Program-made: the position numbers and the translations under genes | Notes under the pieces: generated by a model | Databases searched by the model: none | What the model was told of the DNA's origin: nothing | The model's input: the letters and a program-made list of their open reading frames with translations, nothing else | Origin: Mesotaenium endlicherianum | Taxonomy: Eukaryota | DNA length: 40,313 nt | Assembly: GCA_009602735.1 (NCBI GenBank) | Contig: WELA01001312.1 | Coordinates: 1-40,313, forward strand | Reading direction: 5' to 3' | Shown here: in pieces, positions 11,494-23,412 of the stretch | Layout: the number at the start of each line of letters is the position of its first letter | How positions within the stretch are numbered: position 1 is the stretch's first letter

Positions 11494-14400
11494 TGCCTCA
11501 AGTATCACGGGAGGAGTTATAACCAAGCCTATTGAGGTCCAACTAGGTTTTGGCATTGCAGTTCTAACCGAAACGCTTACATTTGAGGTACTCAACACTG
11601 GCTTTTATGATTTCGTGCTAGGCAGGTCCTGGCTTAACAGACATCAAGCTGAAGTGTGTTGGAGCAGAGGTACAGTTAAAGGTAGAGGAGCCAGTGATGG
11701 GCAGACTGACTTGGCACCCACCAGTGCTCTTCCTCTTGTCCTGTGTGGATGGCAAATGAAGGAAAAGAAGAGGCTTCCAAAAGGATGCAAGTTGCTGAAT
11801 GCAATGGAGTTCGTCAAAAGCTGGAACCAGAAGGAAGACAGAATGTTCTGTCTGCTGCTAAGAGAGGTACCTCCTCAACCTGAAGAAGTGGTTGAGAAAA
11901 AGGTAAGCCCTCCGGAGCACCCTACTGCTGCAAAAATTGTTGCTCAGTACACTGATGTATTTAATATGCCTCCAGGACTACCCCCTAAGAGGGAAGTAGA
12001 TCATAGGATTGATCTATTACCTGGGAGTCAGCCACCTTGGCAACGCACGTATGGCTTGTCTTATGTGGAGAGCGAGGAGTTGAAAACACAGATTGCAGAG
12101 CTTGAGAAAAATGGACATATTTCTCCCAGTAAATCACCGTACGGCGCACCCATTTTATTTGTTAAGATAAAGGATGACAGTATGCGGATGTGTGTGGATT
12201 ACAGAGCCCTGAACAGAATCACAGTAAAGAACAAGTATGCTTTACCCAGAATCGAGGACTTGCTTGATACCCTGTCTGGTGCTAAGGTGTTCAGTAAGAT
12301 AGATCTCAAGAGTGGGTATCATCAAATCAGAATTGCTGAGGGGGATGAACACAAGACTGCCTTCCGCACACGTTATGGACACTATGAGTTCAACGTGATG
12401 CCATTTGGACTGACTAATGCTCCTGCTACCTTTATGGGTGCTATGAATGACATTTTCAGACCTTATTTGGATAAGTTTGTGCAAGTTTTCCTGGATGATA
12501 TTTTAATTTTCTCTAAAGATGAAGCTCAGCACACTGAACACTTAAAGACAGTCCTGGACACTCTGCGGAAAAATCACTTGTATGCTAAAATGAGCAAGTG
12601 TGATTTCTTTAAGGAAAGTATTGAATTCCTAGGCCACGTTGTCAGTAAAGAGGGCATCAGTGTGGATCCTAAGAAAGTCCAGACCATAAGGGACTGGCCA
12701 GTACCACAGTCTGTCTCTGAAGTTAGATCCTTCCTCGGGTTGGCTAACTACTATAGGAGATTTATTGAGAATTATTCTTCAAAGGCCAGTAAACTGACTG
12801 ACCTTACTAAGAAAGACATCGGGTATGTGTGGGGGGAAGAGCAGCAGGCTGCCTTCCAGACCCTTAAAGATGCCCTTTGTTCTGCCCCAGTGCTAGCCGT
12901 GTATGACCCCAGCAAACCGGTGCAGGTGGTTACTGATGCCTCTGTCTTTGCCATGGGTGCTATTTTGTTGCAGCCTGCTGACAAGACCACAAAGGATGGT
13001 AAGGTACGGCAGGAGTGGCACCCTGTGTTGTATGAGTCTATGAAATTTAATCCAGCGGAGATTAATTACTCAGTGCATGATAAAGAGCTGCTAGCTATTA
13101 TTCATATATTCAAACAGTGGAGAGCATACTTAAATGGTAAAGCTTTTAAGGTGATTACAGATCATCTAGCTCTGACTCACTTTCAGAAGAAGTCCAAGCT
13201 GTCGAGGAGGGAGAACCGCTGGAGCCAGATGCTGGAGCAGTTCCAAGTCCAGATCGACTACAAACCAGGGAAGTTGAATCCGACTGATGCACTCTCTAGA
13301 AGACCTCACTTGCAAGAAAGGAACTTTAGTCAGCATGCTGTAGATAAAGTCCTGTGTGCACTCACTTCACTAAAGGTGAAAAAGTCCTTCCTTGAACAAC
13401 TTAGGAAAGCCTACCTTTCTGACCCAACATTTGAGCCCAGCCCCACTACTGGTATGTGTCGTGCTACCGCACTCGGGTATAAGCTTAAGGGAGGGGTCTG
13501 GGTGACTGAAACCACTTTAGGCAGGCTGAAGCTGGTCATTCCTAATAACTTGGAAATAAGGTCTATCTTACTGAGTCAAGCGCATGACAGCCTCCTGGGT
13601 GGACATTTGGGGCAGGCCAAAACTGTTGGCAAACTGGCAAAACATTATCATTGGGAGGGGTTACCCCGGGAGGTCTTGAAATATGTCAAGTCCTGTGACC
13701 AGTGTCAGAGAAATAAGTCTCGGCACACACCACCCGGAGGTCTCTTGCAACCGCTACCCATCCCAGCGGGACGCTGGGAAACTATATCCATGGACTGGGT
13801 GGTCTCACTACCAAGAACTGCCAACGGGCATGATTCAATACTGGTAGTCGTGGATAAACTGACAAAAATGGTCATTTTTATCCCCACAACTGTCAAAGTG
13901 ACTGCACTCGAAACAGCGAGACAGTTTTACAACCATGTAGTATGCCAACATGGGCTCCCTTCTAATATCATCTCAGACAGAGACTCGAAATTCACCTCTA
14001 AGTTCTGGAGAGCTTTAATGGGGTTAATGGGAGTTAAACAAATGCTCAGCACAGCAAACCACCCTCAGACTGATGGGCGGACTGAAAGAACTAACCGAGT
14101 TCTGCAGGAGGTGCTGAGAGCATATATTAACCAAAAACAAGATAATTGGGATGACCTGTTGCCTCAAATTCAGTTTGCGGTCAACAGTGCGGTGCACGCG
14201 TCAACGGGCAAAACTCCTTTTGAACTCAGCCTGGGTAGAGTCCCTAAGTCTCCTCTAGATGTGCTAGGGGAATCTTTAACTCACCCTGAAGGGATTGACA
14301 ACCCGGTCTCCCTCCAGTTAACTCAGGAGTTTGCTGACACCCTGTCAGAAGTCCAACGANAACCTACACAAAGCCCAAGAAAACCAACAAAAATACGCTA

Positions 14401-14887
14401 ATCAACACCGTCGGGAGCTGACATTTTCTAAGGGCGATTTAGTCAAACTGCATTCTCAGCACCTGTACCTCCCTGGTGTGGTCAAGAAAAAGCTTGGCCC
14501 TGTCTGGGTCGGTCCATATTCGGTGGTCCGTCGTGTCGGTCAGAATGCTTACAAACTGAACATGTCAGCTGAATACAAGGGGCACCCGGTCTTTAATGTC
14601 TCCTTCCTGGAACCATACATCAAAGGTGATACACTGTTCACAGGTCGGTTACCTGTCCAACCGGGACCGGTCCCCGCTGTCCAGGACGGCGACCCTGAGG
14701 AATATGAGGTCGGTGAGATTTTAGACGCTCGCTCGGTCCGTCGATCGTCTAAATATGTCTGAAGCACCTCATCCGATGGAAGGGTTACGATGCCTCTGGG
14801 GACACTTGGGAATTTAAAGACCAGCTGACCAATGCCAAAGGGGCGTTGAAACGGTTCCACCTTCGGGCGGCTGGGGCACCGCCCTAA
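10910..14887 (+). CDS. pol: pol polyprotein of B: duplicated protease N-part, RT, RNase H, integrase, GPY/F, chromodomain (frame breaks at N14360 and ~14760)
   Basis: 1163-aa ORF with [39 protein letters not shown] and D-D-E; then WVGPY and YEVGEIL..IRWKGY..TWE ending at TAA 14885-14887. Confidence 0.95.
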
Positions 14888-15204
14888 CTGTCCCTTCAGT
14901 AGACATGGGAAGATGCCCGGAGGTCCTGTCTCCATATAAGTTGGAGGGGGATGTGACAGTTAGTGACAGTTGTGACAGGCAGCCCACCTTTAAATTTAAG
15001 TTGGAGGGAGTGGTAGTCTCTGATCACCATATTACACACTCAACCTGCGCTCACACTCTCTAACTCAATTTTTCCCTTATATTCACTCACACCAACTATT
15101 CCACTCTAGGAACTCTCCCGATCGCGTCCCTCTTCATCAAGGGCACTCAGTAGCGGCAAAATATCATGACTTCACTAACTGCATTGTGTTTATGATTGAG
15201 CAGG

Positions 15205-16851
15205 ATGACTCAAAAGTCAGAACTCAAGAGGAAGAGAAGAGCGGAAGAGGCACATGTAGAATACTTGCAATTCCGTGGAGACATCGAATCATCTTCCATC
15301 ACCGCTCGGGAATCACAACGACTCCAACAACAACGGGAGGCACAGAAGAAGAAGGAGGAGGAGGAACAGGCCAGACTGAGGCAGGAAGAAATGGACAGAA
15401 AAGCTGCAGAGGAGGCCAAGAAAGTAGAGGAGGAGAGGCAAGCTGAGGAGAAGCGGAAGCAGCAGGCTGAAGAAGAAGAACAGAGGAGAATCAGCAGCTA
15501 CCGCTACACGGTGCTGGGCAAGGGCTTTGATCTACTGGAGGAGGCCTTCAAGTATGCCCAGAGAAGTTGCAGTGAGTCGCAGAAGGAAGGGGAGACATCC
15601 GAAAACTTTGACAAGTATATAGAGGTCGGCACAGGGCTCCTCCTCTACCACGATTACGCCAGGATGGTAGGATATACCATCGGAGAGGCCAAGGCAATGG
15701 CCCAGGTGAATGAAGCAGGAGCTGTCTTGATTCCTGGTATCTGGGGGGCCATTAGGGTCATCAGGATGATCCCCATGGACGCGGACAGCTTCAAGGACTC
15801 AACACCCCATAACAGGTTCAAGGCCATGTACAACGAGGTGGAGAGGAGGAGCTGGGAATTTGTGGCCAGGGAAACCAGTCAGCTGGACTTTGGAGGGCAC
15901 TGGTACCCTTGTACTCTTAAAAGGACAGACCCTGCCTTCTTTCAAAAGCCCACCGATTGGCGGTGGATGACCATCAACATGAGGGACCAGCAGAATGACA
16001 GGGCGACGGATGAGGATTTACTGACAGACCTAAAGGGGAACATAGTATTGCCCCCTCACATTGCGGCTTGGGACCCAAGATTGGATGGAATCAGAGACTG
16101 CATGAGTCAGGAGATGCAGGGGGACAGAAGCAGGGCCCGAGAGTCATTCTCCAAAGGGAGGCACGCTTATGCCAAATGGGCAAGTAAGCAAGGGGAAAAG
16201 GACTTCTATGCGGTCCGGGCTCAGCAGCCCCCACCAGCACCCAAAAGGGGAAGGTCAGTAGGATATTCTTTTTCTCGGGAAGAGCTGGAGCAGTTGACAG
16301 AAGAGACTCCAGACGTCTCAGAGGAACCCGGGGACGGAGAGGAGGAGGATTTGGAGGAAGACGAGGAGGAAGGCGAGGAGGAGGACACTAGCCCCGCCGT
16401 GATCCTGACGCCTGCCACATCCCCTATAAGGGAGAAGACGGGGTTGGCCATGCAACAACTCGCTGAAGAGGAGGATATCACTTGGCTGGGGACTGCCAGA
16501 GGACAGACCCTATCTCCGGGCAAGGAGACCCAGTCAGACAGAGCAAACAGGAGGGCTGCTCGGGAGATAGCCAGAGGCCTGCCAGCATCTCCCTCGCAGA
16601 AAGGGCATGTACCCTTGGCTCATGTCATGCAACATCCTTCTGGGATGCCGGTATACGTACCTGTCAGTTTGAGGGCTGCCCAGGAGAAGGCTGCCTCCCT
16701 CCAGACTGTGCAGGAGGAAACAGCCCAGTTACTGCGTTCTCCGCGGGGTCCTTACACGGAACCTCCCTCTCTGACAGGCTTCAGAAGACCCCAAGACAGG
16801 AGGAGGTCTGGCTCCCCTGAGTATAGGGCCTCAGGGACATCTCCCTCCTAA
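15205..16851 (+). CDS. Extra retrotransposon ORF (ORF3), 548 aa, unknown function: coiled-coil N-terminus, globular core, acidic tract, basic Ser/Arg tail
   Basis: Uninterrupted ORF between pol and the PPT; homolog in A with synonymous differences; no obvious transmembrane segment. Confidence 0.88.
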   Translation: MTQKSELKRKRRAEEAHVEYLQFRGDIESSSITARESQRLQQQREAQKKKEEEEQARLRQEEMDRKAAEEAKKVEEERQAEEKRKQQAEEEEQRRISSYRYTVLGKGFDLLEEAFKYAQRSCSESQKEGETSENFDKYIEVGTGLLLYHDYARMVGYTIGEAKAMAQVNEAGAVLIPGIWGAIRVIRMIPMDADSFKDSTPHNRFKAMYNEVERRSWEFVARETSQLDFGGHWYPCTLKRTDPAFFQKPTDWRWMTINMRDQQNDRATDEDLLTDLKGNIVLPPHIAAWDPRLDGIRDCMSQEMQGDRSRARESFSKGRHAYAKWASKQGEKDFYAVRAQQPPPAPKRGRSVGYSFSREELEQLTEETPDVSEEPGDGEEEDLEEDEEEGEEEDTSPAVILTPATSPIREKTGLAMQQLAEEEDITWLGTARGQTLSPGKETQSDRANRRAAREIARGLPASPSQKGHVPLAHVMQHPSGMPVYVPVSLRAAQEKAASLQTVQEETAQLLRSPRGPYTEPPSLTGFRRPQDRRRSGSPEYRASGTSPS

Positions 16852-16922
16852 TGGCAGCAGGCTGGGGACGGAAGGGACAGCACGCTGTTATTAGTGTTAG
16901 TGTTGTCGAGGCGACAACATGA

Positions 16923-16936
16923 TAAGTTGGAGGGAT
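16923..16936 (+). promoter_or_regulatory. Polypurine tract of element B
   Basis: TAAGTTGGAGGGAT immediately before the TGTA LTR start. Confidence 0.85.
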
Positions 16937-17392
16937 TGTAATTAATCAGTATATTGGTTGACATAATATTCATTTAAATAATATAGTTAAATAAGTTCAG
17001 CCTGCTGAACTTTAGTTAATGATCAGTCTGCTGGACTTTATATTTTATATCAGTTTCATGACCCATCCCGAAGTAGCAGGCTGAGGTCACCTTAAGTCAG
17101 CTTGCTGACACATTCTTTGACAGCCAGCTGACTTCCGTACTCATTAGCAGCGAACTGCATCTGAGTGCGGTATGCTAGATGAATGGCCCTATGATGGTGC
17201 CATCGCACTGGCTGTTGAACAGTAAACTCATTCCATGTACATATGCTAGGCATTGCTCTCGAGTTCGGTATTCGGAAACGAGGTCAACTCTCTGGTACAG
17301 CTTACTGAGAGAGATCTGAATCCAAGGCGAGAAGCCATTGATACGCACCGTCTTTCAACCTTGCTTATGTATGAGTTTACTGATTGCATTAT
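16937..17392 (+). repeat. 3' LTR of element B, truncated
   Basis: Starts TGTAATTAATCAG; matches the 5' LTR up to ...TGCATTAT, then abuts an inverted LTR. Confidence 0.9.
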
Positions 17393-18083
17393 TGAAATGA
17401 ATCGACATACCAAAATAAGCGATTGACAATTAATAAAGATCTTTATATCAGCAAGTAATCTTTATGGTATTTTTCGTTAACTGGTTTAACGGCAAAGGAC
17501 TACACACTAGCAGTGAACAATACTCGTCAGTCAAATGCGAGTAAACTAGCGTCAATAATGCAAATCAGTAAACTCATACATAAGCAAGGTTAGAAGACAG
17601 TGCGTATCAATGGCTTCTCGCCTTGGATTCAGATCTCTCTCAGTGAGCTGTACAAGAGAGTTGGCCTCGTTTCCGAATACCGAACTCGAGAGCAATGCCT
17701 AGCATATGTACATGGAATGAGTTTACTGTTCAACGGTCAGTGCGATGGCACCGCCTACCCGGGACTTAACGACGTTGGTAGGACCTCGGTTAACCAAATC
17801 CACCGCCATCTCCCATCATCCCGAATTGCCATCCATCATAGGGATGTCATCTGGCCATTCATCTAGCATACCACATTCATCGAGGCAGTTCGCTGCTACC
17901 GAGTACGGAAGTCAGTTGGCTGTCAAAGAATGTGTCAGCAAGCTGACTTCAGTTGGCTTCAGCCTGTTGCTTCCGGCTGAGTCCTTAAACTGATGATCAT
18001 ATAAAGTTCAGCAGACTCAATACTACATAAAGTTCAGTAGGCTGAACTTAATTAAGTATTATTATCAAGTGCATGTCATTACA
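17393..18083 (-). repeat. Full-length inverted LTR of the A/B family (solo-like, no TSD)
   Basis: Minus strand TGTAATGAC...GTCGATTCATTTCA; flanks ATTAT and GGTGT differ; no PPT or PBS adjacent. Confidence 0.88.
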
Positions 18084-19207
18084 GGTGTGGCCTGACTTCA
18101 CGATCTGTTTCCTTGCCCAAGCAGAACAGAAACTTGTCAGCCACTATTCTGGGCTCGTATATTTTTGCCTTTTTGGCGAGGTCTATCGATAACCTCAATG
18201 ACTGTCTCGTTCTTTTGACGGACAAAATGCACATAACGGTGCTCCTTAAGACTGCGATCCTCTGGGAATTGTGCTTCAAGCAACTAAAAGGAACGACGCA
18301 GGCAACGCTCGAAGTCTAGCTGGTCATTCCCCGCCTCCATATCCTTACGACGGCTAGCCAAGGCTTGCGCATGGCTTGTCTCTGTCGTGGCGCTATCGCC
18401 TCGCTGATCGTTAAGAGGTGCAGCTCTGCCCGTTACTTGTTCCTGAGCATTAGCAATCTTTTCAGACGATTATGCACACACCTTTCGCAACTCTGCGACA
18501 AAGCCGGCATCATCAATCTGAGTAGCAGCCCTTTGCTGGCCCTCAGTGAGTTGCCTCATGGCCTCTGTTAATTCTTGTGTTAGTGCATCTAAGTCTATGC
18601 TCTCAATAGGTGCAGTTCTCACTGCTCTTCCTGAAGATGAAGCAAGCATTTGGACTTTCGCAGCCTCTTTCTGGATTTTCAAATCCCTTGCTCTTTTTTG
18701 CTCTCCAAATGCCCATTCCTGGGTGAGATCCTCATCCTTCCGGAATTGGCGATATATCAACAAGGCATCCTTATCCAAGTATCGAACCAAGCCTATAAAT
18801 GCGACAGATTGCGTACAAGAAGAATCTTCCGAATCTTCTCAAAGAATTCTGCCCCATAGATCTCCTCAAACTCTTCGAAATTGAGACCGTTTCTGCTGGT
18901 TCGTCCGCTAAATTACTTTGCACTTAGGATTTTCATCCCGATCATCACCGGCCATTTCCAATGATGACCAGGACTCACCGACTTTACCCCACATGTCTTG
19001 CTCTCTGCCCGAATCAAGTGCAAAGGCTCGTGTGTTATTCGGGTTCTCACCGCTTGCGGAGATATGACGAGACTCGTCTCTCGACGGTTGCTCACTCCAC
19101 CGATTGTCAGTATGCTCAGACATCTCACTTCCTGGTGGACTCTGGCTAGAGTCAGAACCTTCTGCTGTCTCCACAGAGTGGTAGAGTCTTCCACTCCTCA
19201 ATTGCAT
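18084..19207 (-). pseudogene. gag: Decayed gag-like ORF of element D
   Basis: Starts MQLRSGRLY; later LVRYLDKDALLIY and helical segments; cut by the LTR at 18083. Confidence 0.6.
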
Positions 19208-20404
19208 ATACAGTTGAATTTCACCGGGTCCCCTTCCATGTTGAACACCGGCAGCCTTCACAGGCCTCATTTCCCAACTGGCCTGGGAATTCTTATTCAC
19301 CTGAAGCAATCAACCAAGTTCTCAGAAGTAGGACAGATGCGTTTATTCTGCAGTTCTCTACTTTCTACCAGCGAGATCCCTTCTTGGGAATTGCTGAGGT
19401 CTAACCTTTTTATAATACACTGAGAAGAAATTTTCCACCGTCGGCAGAAGCGTGGCGTCTCGGCTCTTCTGTGGCCTTAGAAATTCCTTCTTCTTCGCGC
19501 TCCTTCTTCTCCTTTCCTTCTGTACCCGTGCTCCTTCAGCTTCTTTGACAACGATGCGAGCAAGAATGAGGCGGCTTCAGGCAGTCCTCGTGCCTTTTGC
19601 AGGCACCACACATTATCCTCTCTCGAGAATGCAAGTGCTTACTCGCAGCGCTTAGCTTGCATGCCGCCCTTACCTAGGAGCCCTCAAACAGCTTAGAAGT
19701 TGTCATTCAGCATGCAAGCATGCCTTGGAATTGTTGCGCGTGACTGCTTAGCCTTTCTGCTGACAATTACGCCTATGTGGCTGGTTGGCAACGTTTGAGA
19801 TGAACGCTTTCGCCGTGATTAGTCACTCGAGGGTCTTGGCCGAGGTGGCGCACAACGCCTCTGCAACATCCCTGCTGTACTTGGCTTAGATAGCCGATTG
19901 ATCAGTACCTTACTTGGCACTTGTTGGGCTGGCTCATTGCTGGTTCCAGGCCCCTAGCCTTTTGGCTGACTACTCCGTCCAAATCCCCATCCATCCCTAG
20001 GTGTGGGGTTTGACGTGTCGTGACCACTTTGACAGTGATAACGACTTTGACATAACCGCTGACGGAGATAACTTGGTCCTTTGGTCGGTGAGACGCTGAC
20101 TTCCCGTACCTGGGCGGCCGTGACTTGCGCTGCGCGTGCGGCACCATCAAGTTCAGGTCAAGTTGATAGCAGCACAATGTAGAAAGCAGCGTTGATGTTA
20201 CGTTCATGTACGAAGCTGCAGCAGCTGATGCGCTGGATGCAAGCGAGTTCGCAGTAGCTGCAGCTACGTTGCGTGGATTTGAGCGATACATGTATGCTTA
20301 TTTTGTATATTGTTTTATATACAAAATATTATAACGACGTCGCGTGCGACCACGGGATCCAACGCGCACGCGCGAGCGAGGCCCTTACTGATTTCCCCCT
20401 CACA
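18084..20404 (-). mobile_element. 5' part of element D or a relative: LTR, leader, decayed gag
   Basis: Candidate LTR start TGTGAGGGG at 20404; 20037-20173 is similar to 6612-6740; gag-like frames downstream. Confidence 0.65.
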
Positions 20405-20682
20405 GAGGTTACGTGAGGGGCGCCTTATTGACGACCACAAATAAGTGCCCTTACACGGTTGATACTCGCATATTGGCTCTAGTCAGGGCTTCACTCGACT
20501 CGGATAGCGTCCCCTGCAGCTTGGTACTTATGTAGTCTATGGCTGATAGTCGTTGTGGTGAAAACTCCCGATTGTCTTGTCCGAGCTCTTCCAATTCAGC
20601 TCACAAGTTGCGGCATCGAGCTGTTTTTTGTTCCTATTGTCCATTTTGACGTCTATTGAAATAAGGAAAAACGGAGTTTCCA

Positions 20683-21465
20683 AGGGAAAATCGCAAGCAC
20701 GGGAGGGTGGGTGGAAGGAGGGATGGAGGTGACGGGAAGCGCCCGAAATTGCTGCAAAGGGGTTATGGTATTGCGCACCTTGAGAAGCTTAGAGTAGAGG
20801 AGCTTATTTTTGGGCAGAGTCTAAATTCGACAATGCAGGATGCCATGATGGGCAGTACGCCTTCCAACTCCTGTCAGGCTCTGTATCACACTGGTCCGGC
20901 TTTAGCCTGTAGACCTCATGGATCATCCACCCCCTCTGGGAACGTCACATCTGGCAGCGCTTTGATGCATCATAGTTTGACGAGTGGGGCAGCCCAGCTG
21001 AGTGAGACTCCCTTGTTTGAGAGGCTGACGAGTGGCACCGCATCAGCAGTTTCAAGTGTTGGCTTAATTCCCAATATGCATCTTGGAAAGTCCATGCATG
21101 CTGCATCTGTACATTTGTCACTAGTAGCTACGTCTAGGAGCTCTGATGGTGATACTCCAATAGTTTCCAATAAAAAGGGAGACTTTGACAGTGAAGCATA
21201 CTTATCGAATTCTGAAAGTATGGAGGGCGATAGAGGACCAAAGAGCAGTGGCAACGATACTGATAGGGTGAGTGGAAGTATCAGTGATGAAAGGCCGTCA
21301 GGGAGAGGAGGTTTGTCTTCTCTTCCTAACTTACTCAGTGATAGTAATTTTCACACTGAGACAGCTGCTATGCCAAGGGTTGCTGCAAAGAGTGAACCTG
21401 GAGGTACAGATTGTCCACAGGTAGAGAATCTCGCTCCTGATTCTGCAGTGGACCTCTGCTCCGAC
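20683..21465 (+). CDS. Exon 1 (repeat unit 1) of a putative SPOROCYTELESS/SPEAR-motif gene; start uncertain
   Basis: ENRKHG...KRPKLLQRGYGIAHLEKLRVEE; ends VDLCSD at a phase-0 GTAAGT donor (21466). Confidence 0.7.
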
Positions 21466-21870
21466 GTAAGTTTCATGGCCTTTTGTGACCAGCCACTTTA
21501 AGAGCCTGTATTCTTCAGGATGAAAGCTGTGTGGTTTGGTGTGCTGTAGGTGTTCTGTTATCCAGGCTGTTCAACTGGTCACCAGCTAATGAAATGGAGG
21601 GTTTTGGTAGATTGGCTCACAGCTACCTGAAACAGGTACCTGGAATGATCCCTTTTGGCTCACATGGTTTGTGACCTTCTGTTGACTTTCCATAGATCCT
21701 TGTATCATGTGGAGTACTTTGGTGGTCTTTGAGGGGTATCAAGCAGCAAAAGACGGGGTCAGTAGGACATTTGCAGGAGAAGGAATAGTGATTTTGTCGC
21801 CCAAAGTAACTCAGCAGATTGGTCTTTAAGACGTTGTGCTTGATCCTTCCTTGGTCGTTCTGGTTGGCAG

Positions 21871-22725
21871 CAGGTGCAGGTTCCACATAATAGAGAAAGA
21901 GAAGTCGTCATCACTCCCTCCTCCCATATTAAATACTCTATGGAAAACCGCAAGCATGGAAAGTTTTCAGCGCCAGCGCCAGGGGGGGATGCTGGCACTG
22001 GAGGAAAGGCCTTGAAGACAACGAGAGGCCACGGAATTGCACATCTGGAGATGCTCAGGATGCTGGAGCTCGTCTCGGAACGGGGTCTGGGAGCCACCCC
22101 TCCAAACGAAGCCGAGATTGTTGGCATCTCGACCATGGAGAGTCATCTCTTGGCTCAATCCGACGTCCCAGCTTCAGCAGCTGCAATTTATGATGAAGCA
22201 GACTTGGCCCTTTCAAGCAAGACTCCTAGCGGGGCTGTGTTGGACCACAACCACACAATGACTGCCACAGGGCAGCAGCTGCAGGCTGTCATGCTGGCGC
22301 AGATACAGCCACCTATTGCCAAGCCCGCAGCATCATCCGAGGGGGAAGTTGGCGTGGGTGGGCCCTTGAGGAAGAGCATCTCTGCACTTTTCACCGGGAC
22401 TCTGGTAGCAGCCTCGGCGCTTCAAGAAGAGCAGAAGGGGAGGGTTTTGCACGAGGAGGATTCAGCGGGCGGGGACGGGCGTCAATTGGTTGTGTATAAG
22501 GAGAGCCCACTAGGCAAGGCCAGGAGAGCAAGGGAAGCCCATGCCAGCAGGGAGAGAGTGCGAGGAGGCGTGTACGCTCCGCCCATGAGGCACAGCGGGG
22601 GCGCCCTGGAGACCGATTTGGCGCAAGAGTGGGCATGTAGCCCCAAGCCTGAACCACATTGTGCGGGGAGGCTCAAGTTCCCCCCCGCCCCGCTGCCAGA
22701 GCTTGCGCTAGACCTGTGCCCTGAG
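21871..22725 (+). CDS. Exon 2 (repeat unit 2); has its own ATG at 21940
   Basis: Phase-0 CAG/CAG acceptors; MENRKHG...KTTRGHGIAHLEMLRMLE; ends LDLCPE at a phase-0 GTAGGG donor (22726). Confidence 0.7.
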
Positions 22726-23412
22726 GTAGGGCAATTTTTTACTTCTCCCCTTGCACACGTTGGAAGCTTTCCTGTGTGCATGTGAGTGGCGCTGTGAATA
22801 GTATGTATCTATCTGCTGGTGCATTTGGGGGGGGTATCCTGTAGGGAGGACTGCTTCCCGCTTTGATATTGCGAGGAAGTTGTGATTTAATATCAATGGT
22901 GTGTGTGTAGTATTTGCGCATATATGTACGTATGTGTGTATTTACGTACGTATGCGTGCGCGTGACTTTTTAGTCCATGCATGTGGAGGTACCTTGTCTA
23001 TGTAGTGGTGCTATTTGTGCATCATGGAGTACTTGCGTTGCATGGTCAAGTGGATGCCAAGTGGTGCTTGGGGATCAGGTGTCACGTGGCATTAATTGTC
23101 CTACATGCTATTGACAGGTTGTGGCCGCCTGTGAGATGCGTGACTGAGTGTGTTTTCTGGGGGCTCAGAGCGTGCCAAAGCTGAATCGTGCGCGCGTGTG
23201 TGTGCTCAAGATTAGGTGCTCACACACGTGCAAGCACAGGAACGCACTCGAGCGTCGTTCCTACACATGTGGCGAAGTGCATAGGATGCATGGAAAAATG
23301 GGGCCACCTTGACATTCCGAGGTGCCTGCTGGGTATGTCAGTATTATTGCAGGCGCTTTTAGCAACAATTTGGGATTTATGATGTCCCACTGACACCTGA
23401 CATGCTCTCTAG

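Larger units (their letters stand above)
9163..17392 (+). mobile_element. Ty3/Gypsy chromovirus LTR retrotransposon, copy B, with an extra 3' ORF
   Basis: Order is 5' LTR, PBS, gag, pol with chromodomain, ORF3, PPT, truncated 3' LTR. Confidence 0.97.

Noticed and set aside
14355..14401. Frameshift after the integrase core of B as programmed recoding
   Set aside because: It coincides with the ambiguous N at 14360; removing that base restores the frame seen in A, so it is probably an assembly artefact
15205..16851. ORF3 as an env gene
   Set aside because: No signal peptide or transmembrane helix visible; highly charged
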